A stretch of DNA of 58,895 nucleotides, counting the filler, from Diploschistes diacapsis (lineage: Eukaryota): NCBI GenBank assembly GCA_023645945.1. It is 4 parts of 4 records of this genome, joined end to end, with 100 filler letters (N's around TTAATTAATTAA, not from the genome) between each part and the next. Parts side by side here need not be neighbours in the genome. Positions count along the whole stretch, not along the records: positions 14,768 to 29,415 come from JALAIB010000593.1; positions 29,516 to 44,159 come from JALAIB010000594.1; 2 more parts are not named here. One strand, 5' to 3'. Below are positions 23,950-37,196 of this stretch, piece after piece. Both the position numbers and the translations under genes were made by a program. Numbering within the stretch: position 1 is the first letter of the stretch; every line of letters starts with the position of its first letter. Under the pieces are notes generated by a model that did not search any database, had not been told where the DNA came from, and was given only the letters and a program-made list of their open reading frames with translations.

Positions 23950-26218
23950 GGAGTCTCCCCTGTACCTTAGCGATGCTCGAGTTTGAGCGAGATTGACTGT
24001 GCCCACCCTCAACGTCCTTGGACCCGGAACGAATAGTATTGGACTGTGGTATAGTATATGTATGCGGTAGTGCAGTTGTTTTGCTCTCTGTTAGCCCCCG
24101 GGATTTGGAGTATAGATTAAGAGAAAACGCTGCGGATTGAGGGTGTTGAAAGACATGGGTAAAGCTTAGAAGCACATTGGAAGGCTCTCAAAGCCTGCAA
24201 GTCAGAAATATGCGTGTAACGTGGAGTTGACCGAGCGAGTAAAGGGCGGAGAGAAAGTTGCAAACAGATATATAGCAGCAACGGGAAAGACTCGTTGATG
24301 CCTCGTAAAGTGGGGTGAATCACGAGCGGGGGCTCGAAATCACCTGAGGTGCAATGTATAATAAGAGATTTAGGCAAACCTTTCCATCAGACGGTGAGGA
24401 ATCTGAGGTATTTGAATTGGAAAGCGCATCGTGCATTCGGGCAAACTGAACGTGCTTGCATCGCCCCCTTTCACTTTGTATGTGCTTGATGTATCTACAA
24501 GAAACAGACGAGGAGCCTCGTGGGGGGAGGGGGGGGGAAGAGAGAAGAACAAAGAAGCGCAGGGCTGTGAGGCAGACTCGCTCCAAAAGAGGTTTAGACT
24601 GCTGGCCTTTTACCCTCTCGTTCTCTCGTTAAGCTGCCGGAGTTAGTGACCCAGAAGGTCTCCCAACATGGCTCTAAATCCGACCGGCTTCATTGGTGAG
24701 TTCTCTGGTATTCGTACTTTGCCGGTACGTGAAGTAGGAATATCCGTAGGGTCAATTGAACCTTGCCCTCTCTAACAAGGCCCTTTAGTCTCCTTTCTGT
24801 AACGGCAGATCCTCGATGACGAAGCCTGTTGCATTAATCGCTCTCGCTCCATGCCACCATGCGCCGTCCATCCTGCGTCCAGGATCCAGTAGTTATGGCT
24901 GTGGAATCCCTTGATCTTTGGGTCTGCGAATCCTCTGCCACCCACGGGGTGTGGGTGACGCGCTTGAAACAGCCAACGAGGAACTGATCGCTTGCCTGAA
25001 TGTGGTGATCTGCGCTGACTTAGCATTCAGCTGATGCAGAAGTATTGTAAATCCTTTCGCGAAGGATGTTGATCAACTCGAGTTTGACGCCAGTGGCGTT
25101 TCAGATCCAAATACTAGCATCTCAGCCACGTACAGCATCTGACGCCATAAGATTTGTAAAGGTAAAGGTACACTGAGTGCAGTGGCTGGCAGAAGATGCC
25201 CTACCTTCTCTGGTTCCGGTTAGCTGGCGTTGTGGACGTAGGCGGTCAGAGACATTACGGTAGGCTGTGTAGCGCTCATTGGATCATGCGTCTTTTCTGT
25301 CAACTTCATACTACTTTACTTTGTTGGCTGCAACTCAAAAGTCATTCTCTCCACCTGTGCAGTAGCAGTAGCGTAACGGGAGGTAACAGAACGGAACGTA
25401 ACGGTATGCTCAGTTACTAACTTACTGGTATGTGCATATCCTGGGCAAATTGGTTGGGTTTGCCGGGGCTATGGGAGTATAGGGCCTCAGCTGAAAAACT
25501 AGCAAGCAGGAGCTCTCAGTGCTAGCTAGTGCGGATAAGTTCCGGGTGGTCCGTACCCTCCCACCCAGTTCAACCTTGTGCGCTAGCTACAACTACTTAC
25601 TAACTACTACTACTATAAGTTAGTTACTATCATCCACGGCCTCCTCCATGTCCATTTCGGGCATTGCTGGCAAAACCTTGCCTAGTTGAGTCATGGTCGA
25701 GAGCCTATCACCCCGACACACGGATCGAAAAGCTTTTTCTTTCATAACCGAACACGGTACAGGCGCCTCTGAGGCTATCGGCACGAAATGCGCTTGATAG
25801 AGGGGATTCTGCTCGGCAACCACAGCCAACAGAGCACTCGGGATAACTTTTCACTAGATGCCTGATGCCTACTACATGAGCGGTCGCACCATCAGCTTTG
25901 CAAAGGATCTTGTAAAGCACTTGCTTGATGCCCCCTTGTGGATTTCCCTTCCTACGTTCGTTGCAACGTCAAGTCGGGATTCCTGCCAATGGTTCGAAAT
26001 ATTCATTATAACGATGTCGGATCGAACTTGAACCTGAATGTAGTTCGGTGGCACATGCCAAACTCCAAACAGAGTCGTCCACGCTGAATGCAGAGCTACC
26101 TAAAGCTAATGGTCGCAGTCTTCAGAAACGCCTTCCGATGCAGTCATATGCTTCTATGCACGACGCCGAAATTCATACATTTGCTCCCAGAAAACAAATG
26201 CCTAAAGTATATTCACGT

Positions 26219-27186
26219 TCATTCGTCCTGCCAGCGTGCCAGAAATTTCTGCATGTCGTTTGGTGGGGGCCCTGCGGTAGCCTAGAGTCGAGTAAGCTCA
26301 TGACCAGCCCCAAAACATGTGACATCGCCTTACGGTATTGATCCTGGTCGAATACGAGTAAGTGATTGTCGCGGTAAGGGTCGTGACTTGAGAAGGCACC
26401 GGTAAGACAGTGGCCGCTAGCTGGAAAAGGCTTGTGGGGAACAATGGTGCCATATCTTGCTTGGTGATGGCGGTTGGTGGATGCTGCTGCATTGGGGCAT
26501 ATTTTGTCAGACCCGTCGTCTGCAATTGATACGACACTGAGTATTGAGAACCCTCGGCTCCACCAGCACCCGGGTTGTTTTGACCCGGCGTAGTTTGGTC
26601 TTGGGTGGCGGGCACGCTGGCCACATTCCCTTTTGCCTGATCGTAGTCGGCTTCCAAAGTTGGCGGGCTCCAGGAGCCGGTCATGCCGTTGATGGTAAAC
26701 CTTTGAGAGTAGTTGATGACATTACCGCCACTGATCGCAGCAGAGGTTATTTTAAGGTAACTATGTGCCTATCAGTGTTTCATACCCCCTAACGCTTTGG
26801 CCGACATCGACTAGAGCAGAGACTCACTATGCATTCGGTCCAGGAGGACCAGCGGCAGGCGCTGTTATTGCTATCGTCGTTGTCGTTCCTTGAGCATGAG
26901 TTCCAGAAACACTTGCAACAGTCATCTAATTGAAGAGTGAGCAGCCAAGCCAAATAAATGCCTTGCAATCGTCACGCACAGTAGTCGCATCCGTAGCTCC
27001 TCCTGCAACCAAATAAAGTGTGTATCCAGCCAGTTGGGCTAATGTTGTCTGCCCAGACCCCTCTTCCCAGGCCACACTGATCAATCCTTCTGCGACCTGG
27101 GCGCCAGGTGCGGGTATCGTGAACTTGACATCGGCGAGAGCGAGAGGAAGTAGGGAGGCGAGTATCGAAAGAGGCCAAACAAGCAT
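26219..27186 (-). CDS. KRE9: KRE9/KNH1 family beta-1,6-glucan biosynthesis protein (secreted)
   Basis: Signal peptide, DVKFTIPAPG, INYSQRFTINGMTG, YQLQTTGLTKYAPMQ..PPTAIT; spliced end DMQKFLARWQDE. Three introns. Confidence 0.9.
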
Positions 27187-27594
27187 TGTGACAAGAGCGA
27201 AGGAATGTATGGGACGTCAAGAAGCGGAGTACGAGGATTTATAAACGAGTGACAGGGGTAATGCGCTCTGCCTATTGTCTAGTTGATTGTTCTTGTTTCT
27301 AAGGAGGAGAAGATATGACGATCCAGGACGATGAAGCATTTGGGCGAGTTTGAGGTCCGTGAAGCTACGCTAAGTTTGGCTAGCGTGCCAAGAGATTCTC
27401 ACAACTGCCCACAAACAGATTTAGGTAGATAACTCCAATTGCGCTGCCGTGATATCAAACTTTTGTGACAGCAGACAGCGTCAGCAGCATCAACTCATAC
27501 ATAGTCAATAACGGTATTTTACTTCGGCCTGTCTCCTTCATATCTACTCGTCTGGCTCACATGCCTTCTCTAGTCTGCCCTTTGATCACCCACC

Positions 27595-28538
27595 ATGACG
27601 AAGCGCACAAAGAGTGAGCATGGATCTCCTCCGTTTAGAAATGGCATGCTAACAACCCTTCAGAAGTGGGCATTACAGGGAAATACGGTACAAGGTAAGC
27701 TACAGTCTTATGGGTCCATACTCTGCACGATTTCCGAAAGCCTCGCTCGAGCACCGATATTGTATCTCATATCTGGGAAGATTGGACATAGTGTCCTTAT
27801 CAACCCGAGGCTTCAATGCTGCATAGCAGTTACGAATCTCTATACCCCGGATCTGAAGAATAGAATCATCAACAGAGGGATGGGCAGAGGAGCATTAGGC
27901 GGAATTATGGCTACGTGAAACAGGATGAGGGGGTGGTTATACCAGTAGCAGCTGCTTGTCTTCGGGCTAGGCGACATAAACATAAGCTCTCGGCGCCACC
28001 TTCTGCTCAGGAATCGGCTTCATAATCAGTTTTTTTGCTTCACAGCGTCGGCACGACTTGATGCTAATAAGAGATTCAAAGATACGGAGCCTCCCTCCGA
28101 AAGCAGGTGAAGAAACTGGAGGTGTCTCAACACGGTGAGTTTTTTGTTATTCCTTCCATAGGCATAGTCGCGAGCATCAGGGCTAACAGGTATAGCAAAA
28201 TACACATGCACCTTCTGTAAGGGCGTTCGGAAGGAAAAGCTTAATATTTGCAGTACTGACACGCTCGTGAAGGCGGAAAAACAACAGTGAAGAGGCACTC
28301 TGTCGGGTGAGATACATTATCTGCTCTTATAGTTTGGATGCTAAAGATCGCAGGATCTGGACCTGCCGAGCATGCAAAAAGACTGTCGCTGGGGGCGCAT
28401 ACACAGTCTCGTAAGTATATTACAGGATCAAGAGTCAGGGCGTAAGAGGCCATTTCTAATCACCCTTCCTACAGTACACCCGCCGCGGCAGCTACGAGAT
28501 CAACAATTAGGCGTCTACGTGAGATTGCGGAAGTCTAG
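27595..28538 (+). CDS. RPL43: 60S ribosomal protein eL43 (L37a)
   Basis: Seven exons splice to [92 protein letters not shown]. Missed by the ORF track. Confidence 0.97.
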
Positions 28539-29415
28539 GGGATGTTCAAAGAATGCATAGGAAGGCTTGGGAGGCACTTACAATACTGGAGCATTCGGTT
28601 ATGGGATAGTCGATAGCTTACTGCGGAACAATCAAATAAATCGGATTTAACCTCGATGGCTGAGAAGCCGCGCTATCTGGAAGCTCTCCCGAACACTGTC
28701 GACTCGGTCAATGAGCCTCACGCACAACTTCTCGAACCGTGCACAGTGCCCTATATAATCTGTTGGGACTTTGAATTGTAAGACCTAGCGATGCTGCTGA
28801 TCCATTGACCTCATACACGCTGCGATGTGTGAGAACCAGGCATTTTGCAGACTTTGCCCGAACCAAGCGCAAATATTGAGGCTCGACAATGGAAGCGGAA
28901 ATGAATGAAAAACTCCGACTATATCAAAGACATGAAGGCGGACGCTTTAAGTTCACCCGTATAGAGACGACTGGTCATAGAGACACGAGCAAACAAACAA
29001 CGAAGCAGTCAAGCGGCAAGTATTTCCCATCTTTTCGGTGCTTGATATGAGTGGACTCTGTGGACTCGTGTAAGTGCTTTCTACAGTGGGTTTCGAGGTC
29101 AAATCTGAATTATCACGATGCTCCCTGTCTTATGCTTTTATGATTACGACCGATCCACATTCCATTGAATTCACAGTCGGACAACCCATTCGAATGTTTC
29201 ACTGTGGCTGATTTTGTTCCTCTTACTTTGCAGCACAGACAAAGCAGGCTTCCCTTGCATGCTGCTTTGTACTAGCAGGTACGCCTGATTTTTTTTCACC
29301 AGGGCGTCACGCTGAGTTTTTGGTGAGGCAGGCTACACTGCACAGGAGGGAGGAGGAGGGTTTTGTGTCCAACCAAGTCCCGTGACTGGCTGCTCCAAAC
29401 CCCCCACCCCCCCAC

Positions 29416-29515
29416 NNNNNNNNNNNNNNNNNNNNNNNNNNNNNNNNNNNNNNNNNNNNTTAATTAATTAANNNNNNNNNNNNNNNNNNNNNNNNNNNNN
29501 NNNNNNNNNNNNNNN
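29416..29515. other. Artificial contig spacer
   Basis: 44 N + TTAATTAATTAA + 44 N. Confidence 0.98.
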
Positions 29516-31110
29516 GTCCACCACCCCCCCACCAACCCCCTCTCATCCTCTGTCCGCATGGCCGCTTCCGCATTGTGCTGCACCCACGCCGCATAGCTCT
29601 TGCACGACGCCAGATGCAGCGACGCCAGGAACTTGTCCGCGCCGTGGAAGATGCCGTCCTCTGAACCCCGCAGGGGAAGCGGCGCGCAGAAGGCCGTCAG
29701 GTGGTGGAAGAAGATGCCCTTGAAGGTCTGGCCGTTCTGGTTGCATGTGCCGGAGGCGTCGCACACGTCTTCGAGTATGCCGGCGCGGCCGAGGCCGGAG
29801 AAGGTCCATTTGTCTTTACTCTTGGCCCTCCAAGCTGTGTATGGCCGGCTTGGATTATCCGAGGAGAAGGTGGGGCTGTGGGAGAATTCGTTGGCTTCCT
29901 GCCAGCCTGTTGCTTGGATAGTGGTTCGCACGAGCTCGTGTCCCTGTTCGAGATACGTGCGGTTGCCGGTGGCTTCCCACAGGCCCCGCTGCCCCGAGAG
30001 GATGACGCCTTGGTTGTAGGTGTAGAGCGTGTGGTTTGGTATGTCGCATTGGTCGGACGTCCTGTTGGAGATATGGTATCCGTCGAAGAATAACCCCTTA
30101 TCGTTTCTCATATTCGCGTTGTACAGCCAGTCATAGGCGGAGATAGCGGAATGGAGGTATTGTTTGTCGTGCGGCTTGCCTGGTACCTTACTGCCCTTAT
30201 CACATGGCACATCCGAGCACACTTCTTTGGGGAAGGTCTTTTGCGCTTTCTGCCCCGAGATACGCTGTGGCTGAGAAAAGGGGTAGTCGTTATCATCCCC
30301 CGGAAACCACAAGTACATCCCCACGCTCGCTGCCACAAAGAGCTCGTTTGTAATAGCATTCTTATACGGTGCCAGATCCGGGTTCCAAACCATCCCACCT
30401 CCACACAACTTCTCGTCCCAGCCTGTTGCTGCCAACTCCCAGAAGATCCGCGCTCGGTGCGCAAACGAGGGTACGAAGTTCGTAGCATACCACGTCGAGC
30501 TACCGTTCCGGGAATCGGCGCGGGAACGGTAGTGCCTATCACTATGATCCTGAACGAACCGTATGCTCTCCAGCCAGCCCAGCACCACCCATAGCATATC
30601 GTCGTAGGCCTCTGCTCGGAGCGCGAGCGCATCTTCGCCATAATAATATGCTATGATATGCGAAAAGAAGGTGTTTATATAATTCTCGTCTTCAAGCGTG
30701 AAGTGTGTGGGGTCAGAGGGATCGAAGTAGTAGTTCGAGTTTGCGAATGAGGCAAGGGTTGCAGAGACGTGCGTGCCCAGCACAGCGCCCGTCCAGTCGA
30801 TCGAGGTGGGCCACCTGCCGAGCCAGACCTCGAAGAAATGCGATTGCATCTTCTCCAGCGCTTCGAAGAGGATTATATGGTGCGCGAGTTTGGGAGGGAC
30901 GGGCCAGCCGCCTGCGGAGGTTGAAGTTGAGTTGACTTTGCTTTCAAGGAGGGAAACTGGATGATGCGCATCTCGTGGTGGCAGGCTGGGTTCATCTGTC
31001 CGTAGAGGCTTCTGCGTACTGGCATCGAAGGCAAAGCCATAGTGGGGAAGGGTGAAGAAAGACAAGCACAGCGCCGCGAGGCTCAATGCTTTCCTGCACG
31101 TAAAGGCCAT
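29516..31110 (-). CDS. Glycoside hydrolase family 76 (alpha-1,6-mannanase-like), 3' truncated
   Basis: Signal peptide, catalytic AYDDMLW, CGGGMVW, YKNAITNELF, YTYNQGVILSG, QTFKGIFFHHL. Confidence 0.92.
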
Positions 31111-31915
31111 CGTGACGGATTTCACGAGAAAGCGGAGGCCAGGAATAACGTCAGGACACTACACAGCGTTGTCATTGAGTATTAAAAGCATCAATGGATC
31201 ATAAAATCCATAAGGAAGCGATCTTAAGGCGCAGCTTGAGCTGCCACACTGCCCTCAATGGGCTGGCAGGATGCAGTTAGTCGAAGCTGCGGCACGTTGA
31301 CTTTGAACACTTGCGGGTTGCTCTTTAGCGTGTTTCATTGGCCCGGAAGACTTAGTAATATATATCCTCCCATTTTAGGTAAATCCATGATCTCACAGTG
31401 TATTATACCCCTGGTACGTTTTCACGCACAACATGCACTGGGGAACGCTCCGATTCTGCAGAAGAAAAGTTACTCCTCGTGGAGATTCGCTCAGATTTAC
31501 CCCATTCTTTGTGAGGCTCGAGATCCTCGACCTTACTAGGCAACTACTTCGCCACAGGTCCCTGCCTCGCACAGCGCTAATGCTATAAGCCTCCCCGTGT
31601 AGCGCAGTATCGGGGTGCGGCTGCCTAGGGTCGAGAGTTTGTATATAAACTGTGTGTGCGAACTCGAACATGTTGCTGTTTTACTGTCTTGTGTATTCGA
31701 AGTACTCCACTCCGTACAAATGGTTAGCAACTGCCCATCTGGGATGCTATTGACGCGCTTCCCTTTCGCTTCTTCGTTTTCTTGAGCTTTGCAGAGTCAT
31801 AAACAAGCCCTACGTATCCATTATTTGTTAGATATCATATTCAGTTTTCTGAGTCTTGCTCTTCTCTGTGCGCCACCGATCCGCCAAAACCTCTTACCAA
31901 GGCGCACCTTCCGCC

Positions 31916-32350
31916 ATGGCCGCTCCCCACTTCTATCTCAACCGCCGCAACGACAATACCTCCTACTCCGGCCTCGTCCCGCTGCTAGCCGGCCTCTTTG
32001 GCGCCATAATCTTCATCAGCCTCGCCGGTCTACTGTGGTGCTGCCTCCGCCGCAGAAAGCACCGCGCGCCTGTTATCCCCTACCACCTCCACACCATCAA
32101 TACTCCAAGAACCGATCGAAATCCACCAGCAGTATGCACAGGTGAGATGGAGGGCAGAACACAGGTGGAAGCGCGGCAAAATAGGGACTCGAGGAGAAAA
32201 TCGAAAAAGCCGTCACCACTCGGGCAAGAAGGAAGAGGCGTGGGATATGGGTTTAATCCAGTATTTGAGGAGGCATACGGAGGGGGGGGCGGAGGGGAGA
32301 GTGGGTTGGATGGAGTTTCGGCGCAGAGAGTTGGACCTATGTGGGGATGA
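31916..32350 (+). CDS. Small single-pass membrane protein
   Basis: Good start context GCCATGG; hydrophobic LVPLLAGLFGAIIFISLAGLLW followed by CCLRRRK stop-transfer. Confidence 0.6.
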   Translation: MAAPHFYLNRRNDNTSYSGLVPLLAGLFGAIIFISLAGLLWCCLRRRKHRAPVIPYHLHTINTPRTDRNPPAVCTGEMEGRTQVEARQNRDSRRKSKKPSPLGQEGRGVGYGFNPVFEEAYGGGGGGESGLDGVSAQRVGPMWG

Positions 32351-32738
32351 CTAAGAGAGACTCGAAGATAGTATGGACGAGAAAGACCGGCGGTCCACTT
32401 GCGCATGTTCTCCGCTAGAAGGCCCTGGGCGCGCTCATTTGCGATCGATCATCACGGTTATTTGGCATGATTCAAAGGCATAGGAAAGTCTCTTATGATG
32501 CACCATCAAATGGAAAATAAGTTGGCGCCGGTGAAGCTTAGTGGCGCCAGCGGAAAACCCTGGATGGGACTCGCAAATCACATTGACGCTAATGGCACGG
32601 ATTGTGTGTCTGGATAATCGACTGTAGGAATAATCCAGAGGTAGGCCCGCTGCTTCACGGTGAATCGTTAGAAATAGTATACATCCATCTTGCCTGCTGG
32701 AAGGTTGGAAAAAGCCCTATCCCGATCCCACATGGAAG

Positions 32739-32847
32739 TGTGGTCTCGCGTATATATATGTTTAATTCAATACTGGCACAATCCAGTATTGTTGGTCTTT
32801 TGGCTATGTGGCCTAGCGGTACTAAACTGGCGCTTTGTAATATCACA
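32739..32847 (-). mobile_element. 109-bp TG...CA dispersed element (solo LTR-like), copy 2
   Basis: Reverse complement of 7184-7293 (first 68 nt identical); GAAG on both flanks (32735-32738, 32848-32851). Confidence 0.85.
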
Positions 32848-34655
32848 GAAGAATGTAGCGAAGCGCCCTTGAGGCATCCAGCAGCAACACCAAAATGGAT
32901 GGAAATCCCATTGTGCTGTTGTCTCCAGTAAAGTTGTTATAATTAATAATGGATGAATTCAGAACTCGTACCAGCCGACTGGGGCTCCCCTTCACCCACG
33001 CCGCCATCACCACTGCCTTTCTCCCACACTACCACCAGCGACCTTGCCCCCTCCACCCACGCCGTAGCCCCCACTCCCTCCTGCCGCGCCCTCGCCTGGC
33101 CCTCGATTTTTTCCAATCTTCAACCAACGGCGTCATCCTCTTCCTCCTTCTCCTCCTCGTCCACCACCGCCCGCACGCACCGCCCCCTTCTCCACTCATA
33201 CCTTCTCCTCCTCTCCCTCTCCCTCTACATTTATCAGCGGACCGGCTTTTTACCCGCTTTTCGGTCGAGCCCCTCAACCTCCATCACCTCGCGCACCCAT
33301 TTCCGGCCTCTGCCCAAAAATCTGGGAAGCATTGGTTTCAAGACGTGAACAAAAGTCAGAGGGAAGGTCTTAGTTTCACCCTGGGTATCCTGACCCTAGC
33401 TATCATCATCACGAGCATCCTCTCATGAGTGTCTTAACCATAGGCATCTCTGACGCTAGCAATCGATGCTCCAAAGCCTGCGCCACGCATATCATGGGTC
33501 ACAACTTGCTATTATACTGAAACTCGTCAATGGTAATAGTAGTACTTCTTTGAAATATCGATGCATTTTTTGCACCGATTATTGAGCCCAAATAAGGACT
33601 TAGAGAAATAATAAACGCTAGCCAGTTGAGTGAGATCGCGTGAGAACACAACCTAATCTTGCAGTATGCTAACATGATCAGCGAGATCCAAAGGAAGGAA
33701 AAGCATTGCTTGCCCTGCTTTTACAACCAAACAATATCCGCTATGGTTTGATGCCGAAAGTGTAGAGCATTTACCCTACCTCTGGTACGCATTAAGTTGC
33801 TATGTTAAGCTTTCCAGGAATCAAGATCTTTCTTTATGTGCCGATCAATACTAAGGCCTTGCGGAATACAGAAGACTGGAGTATCGCACACTGAAGCGTT
33901 ATGAAGATGAAAGCAGCTCCCTAAGAGGTAGGCCGAAAGTACAAGAAAGAATCACCCCTTGGCACAAGACGCTGAGGAACACTCTATACTTTCTAGTAAT
34001 CCTCATTCAGAGCGTGGAAAAGATTTACACTCTGATTTATCCCATATCCCGTTACTCGCGCCTTTTTTGTTCATAAGTTGGTGTTGGCCTCTGAAACCAC
34101 ACTTACGGAAGGGTACTGCTCAAAATCTTGCAAATTCACCAAACCCTTGATTGCCTCTGGGTGTAAATGTAATGCATCCTAAAGGTAACTGAATCAGAGC
34201 TTAAGCTATGCACGAGCCCATCAAGCACAATCTTGTCTGGCATTGTTGCTTGCCCAGTATCTATGTATGAGTCGTGACACAATCTGGCTTACAACGAATA
34301 GGAATGGCTCAATATCCGGAAACAACCTTTAACTAACAGAGGCAAATTTTTTACTGAACCAGCGAGTAATACAGATGTTGTTCCGGGATGTACGTCCGCT
34401 TACCTATGAAACCAGTTTATCAGGCTTGCATATACCTCCATTACGGATATCCCAGAGTCTCAAATGTTATGACTGCTGCCGTCCGACCGGCTTCGTCATT
34501 ATCTTTTCAACTATTTGTTATATTCAAAACGAAACACCTAGAATCGTCCATAAAGCTTGTAAGCCCTTCAAAAACGAGGCATCAGCTGACAAATTTTAGC
34601 GCGCAATGGTCTGTTGTTGGATGCTCTAGTGGTCCCAGCGCGGCTCATACCTATA

Positions 34656-34761
34656 CAGTCAGGTGCCAAAAGTAGTTAGGTACACCATAAGCGGCAGTAA
34701 AGAGTTGACTGTTTATTTACTGCCGCTTATGGTGTACCTAACTACTTTTGGCCTAGTACTG
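34656..34761. mobile_element. 106-bp foldback MITE of Tc1/mariner type
   Basis: TA|CAGT...ACTG|TA; perfect 37-bp inverted arms 34665-34701 and 34716-34752 around a 14-nt loop. Confidence 0.88.
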
Positions 34762-35575
34762 TACGTAAGGAAAATTTCTTACACCTTGGCCCTACATCCT
34801 CTGTCTGTTCAAACGATCCATGAATCTTGCTATACCACCCAAAGGCTGTAACTGTAGCCTGAATTCGACTTTATCATTGAAACATAACCTGTGCTGAAGG
34901 CAGATGTTATTTCCTAAGTCGTCTCAGAAAACAACCTACGATTACATTTATATGATATAAGCATATGACCCAGCGGTACCGGGCAAACCTATTATTCCAC
35001 CGTGGCCATGATGCTGTCAAGCGCTGATTCTTGATACAAGGCATAATTCATCTTAGAATGATCTACGATTGCACTTATATGGTCCAAATTTGCTATCGCC
35101 TCGTGACCATGTTTTTGTAAGTACCACCCGTTGGGCCGTGGCCATAGCCAACATGCTGGAACATCCTCCTTGTTGCTCTTTCAATTCAAGCTCATATCTA
35201 TGCCCTCTATTTTAGAGCCGTAGCTTTTCTCCCGCGACACCGAGCCATGACCGTAATTTGCCGATCAGAAGTATGACTGTTTTTGGGGAACTTAGGCCTG
35301 TGCCCATTGATTAGGGGCCAAGGCCAGAGTCACTCATGTGTTTAGACCTATGAACTTGGATCACAGTCCGAAACATTGGCCGTTGACTGTTTATGTAAAA
35401 ATTTCAGGCCTATGACTATGCACTTCAGGCAAAATATGCGCTTTTACCCCTATTTAAGACCTTCTCATTCCTTCTGTCAACACCTTTCTTCACTTATCAA
35501 CTAATATCCTCCCTCATCAACTCGATACCTCACATCCACCTTGATCTTTACTTCTCCAACATTGTTCCGAAAATT

Positions 35576-37196
35576 ATGTTTGATGACCCAGATTTCGCTC
35601 CATCAGTAAGTATCTTGCATGATATTGCGACCAGAAAGTCTGCTTTGGGTGCTGCTTTAATTTCGACCATTACATCGTTTCTATCTCAACATGAGAGTTC
35701 GTATTCATCCCTATGGCCTCTCCAGGCGTAGCAAAAACAATCGTGTTCGTCACCCTACGCGGGGCGATATTGAGATTGAAACCAACTGGGTTGGGAAAGG
35801 CTTTCCGCAATCAGAAAAAGGAAGCAGTTATAGCTTACAATGATGTTGCCAGCTCACAAGAGGCCTTCGGGGTACCGGTCTCGAAAGTCAAGCTCAAACA
35901 AGAACGTCAATTACGGCAACATCATCTGGGACATTCAAGAACTGCGGCCATCGCATTGTCAAACATGTAAATAGTACGCCATCCTTGCTCGAAAAAGCCT
36001 TCAGGGGTGTAGTCGCCACTATTCTAGACGCGAGTGTTTCGCTTCAAACCTTTGGGATGCGTGGGATCTAATTAAACGCCCTGAACTCTGGCGGGAATCA
36101 ATTCGAAAGGCATTTATGGTCAGGTTTGTCCTGAGACAAAGCAAGCCCTGGTCAATGGTACACCCTTTGCCTTGGAAAAATGTTTGAGACCTGCGAATCG
36201 AAGATCTGTTGCCGGAATCTATCTCCGTTGCTGCAGGATGAACGAGCTTTGTACGTTGGGAGGGCTGACGAGATCGATAATAGGCAAAGAGACCACGATA
36301 GTACGATTACGCAATTGCCAAGAGAGATCGAACCGGAAAATACGTCAACAGCACCAAGAGAGAGCACCACTAGAATGGGAGAGATTAAAATGGCTGGCTC
36401 GTTTTCGTCTTGACCAGCGTTGACAGGAAGGAACTTCAGGAAGTATGCATTCTGGAGTACCTTCTCGTGATCCTGTTGAATCCTTATGCCTTGTGGGTAT
36501 CGAATATTCACTTACGATGAGCAGATGAAATGAGTCGGCAAGAAAAGTCAATTTCGGGCCATGCGCAACCTTGGAAGGGCCATATTCCACCGTTCGGCTT
36601 AGAACTTCGGCCGATTACAAGGTCTCAACTTCAGCAGTCCGATTGGGGGAGTCGTATGCGTGGACTAAAACTCCGTGGACTATGTACGTGACCTCCGACA
36701 GACACACCTTTATACGGAACGAGCCTTACGGCCTATGCAGCTACTAACAGGCAAGCCACCAATCAAACCATCTGCCTCATGTGTACCAAGGACAATCAGG
36801 GCAACTGGGATCGCACCAATCTTAGTATACCTCCGGATTGCCATCTTACCGATAAAAGCCTAGTCCACATTTCGATCGAGATCATGAAGCCAGGTACATA
36901 TCGTCTGCCTCCATACAGTCGATTTTGCATCTTTCGGTCCAGTGGAAGACTGGCCGATACACGTCGCATGGCTATTATGGTACGATGCTAGAACGACGGC
37001 ATCTGGTACGCTAGTTATCTCCAGGCCAGACAAATTCGTGGGGGACGATCTGCAATCTGTCTTCACGAGGCGCATGGTGATCGTGGACGTTATCCTGAAG
37101 CGACCTATGCATCCAAGCTTTCCTGAATGGCGCAGACTCCCTCGGCCGGCTGTACCGATCAAGAAAGTCACATTCGATGCTTGGCGACAAGGGTGA
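35576..37196 (+). pseudogene. Decayed gene of unknown family
   Basis: TATTTAA and pyrimidine-rich leader, ATG followed by a GTAAGT donor, a GTACGT..CTAACAG intron, and a chain of protein-like fragments broken by stops and frameshifts. Confidence 0.3.

Noticed and set aside
29140..29212. Box C/D-like stretch (ATGATTA...CTGA) with GTTTCACTGT resembling an 18S rRNA complement
   Set aside because: The C box is imperfect, the match is only ~10 nt from memory, and GCTGAT is better explained as the branch site of an intron ending TTTGCAG.
28889..29415. Possible first exons of a gene (MEAEMNEK...) and two hairpins followed by ACA
   Set aside because: The gene model needs a GC donor and is cut by the gap; there is no H box between the hairpins, so H/ACA snoRNA is unsupported.
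32949..33428. Overlapping ORFs in a CT-rich stretch
   Set aside because: Low-complexity composition keeps several frames open; no motif or consistent gene structure.
34990..35420. Loose recurring GGCC(T)ATGAC-like motifs and a 13-nt match to the MITE loop at 35382
   Set aside because: Short, irregularly spaced and not distinguishable from chance by eye.
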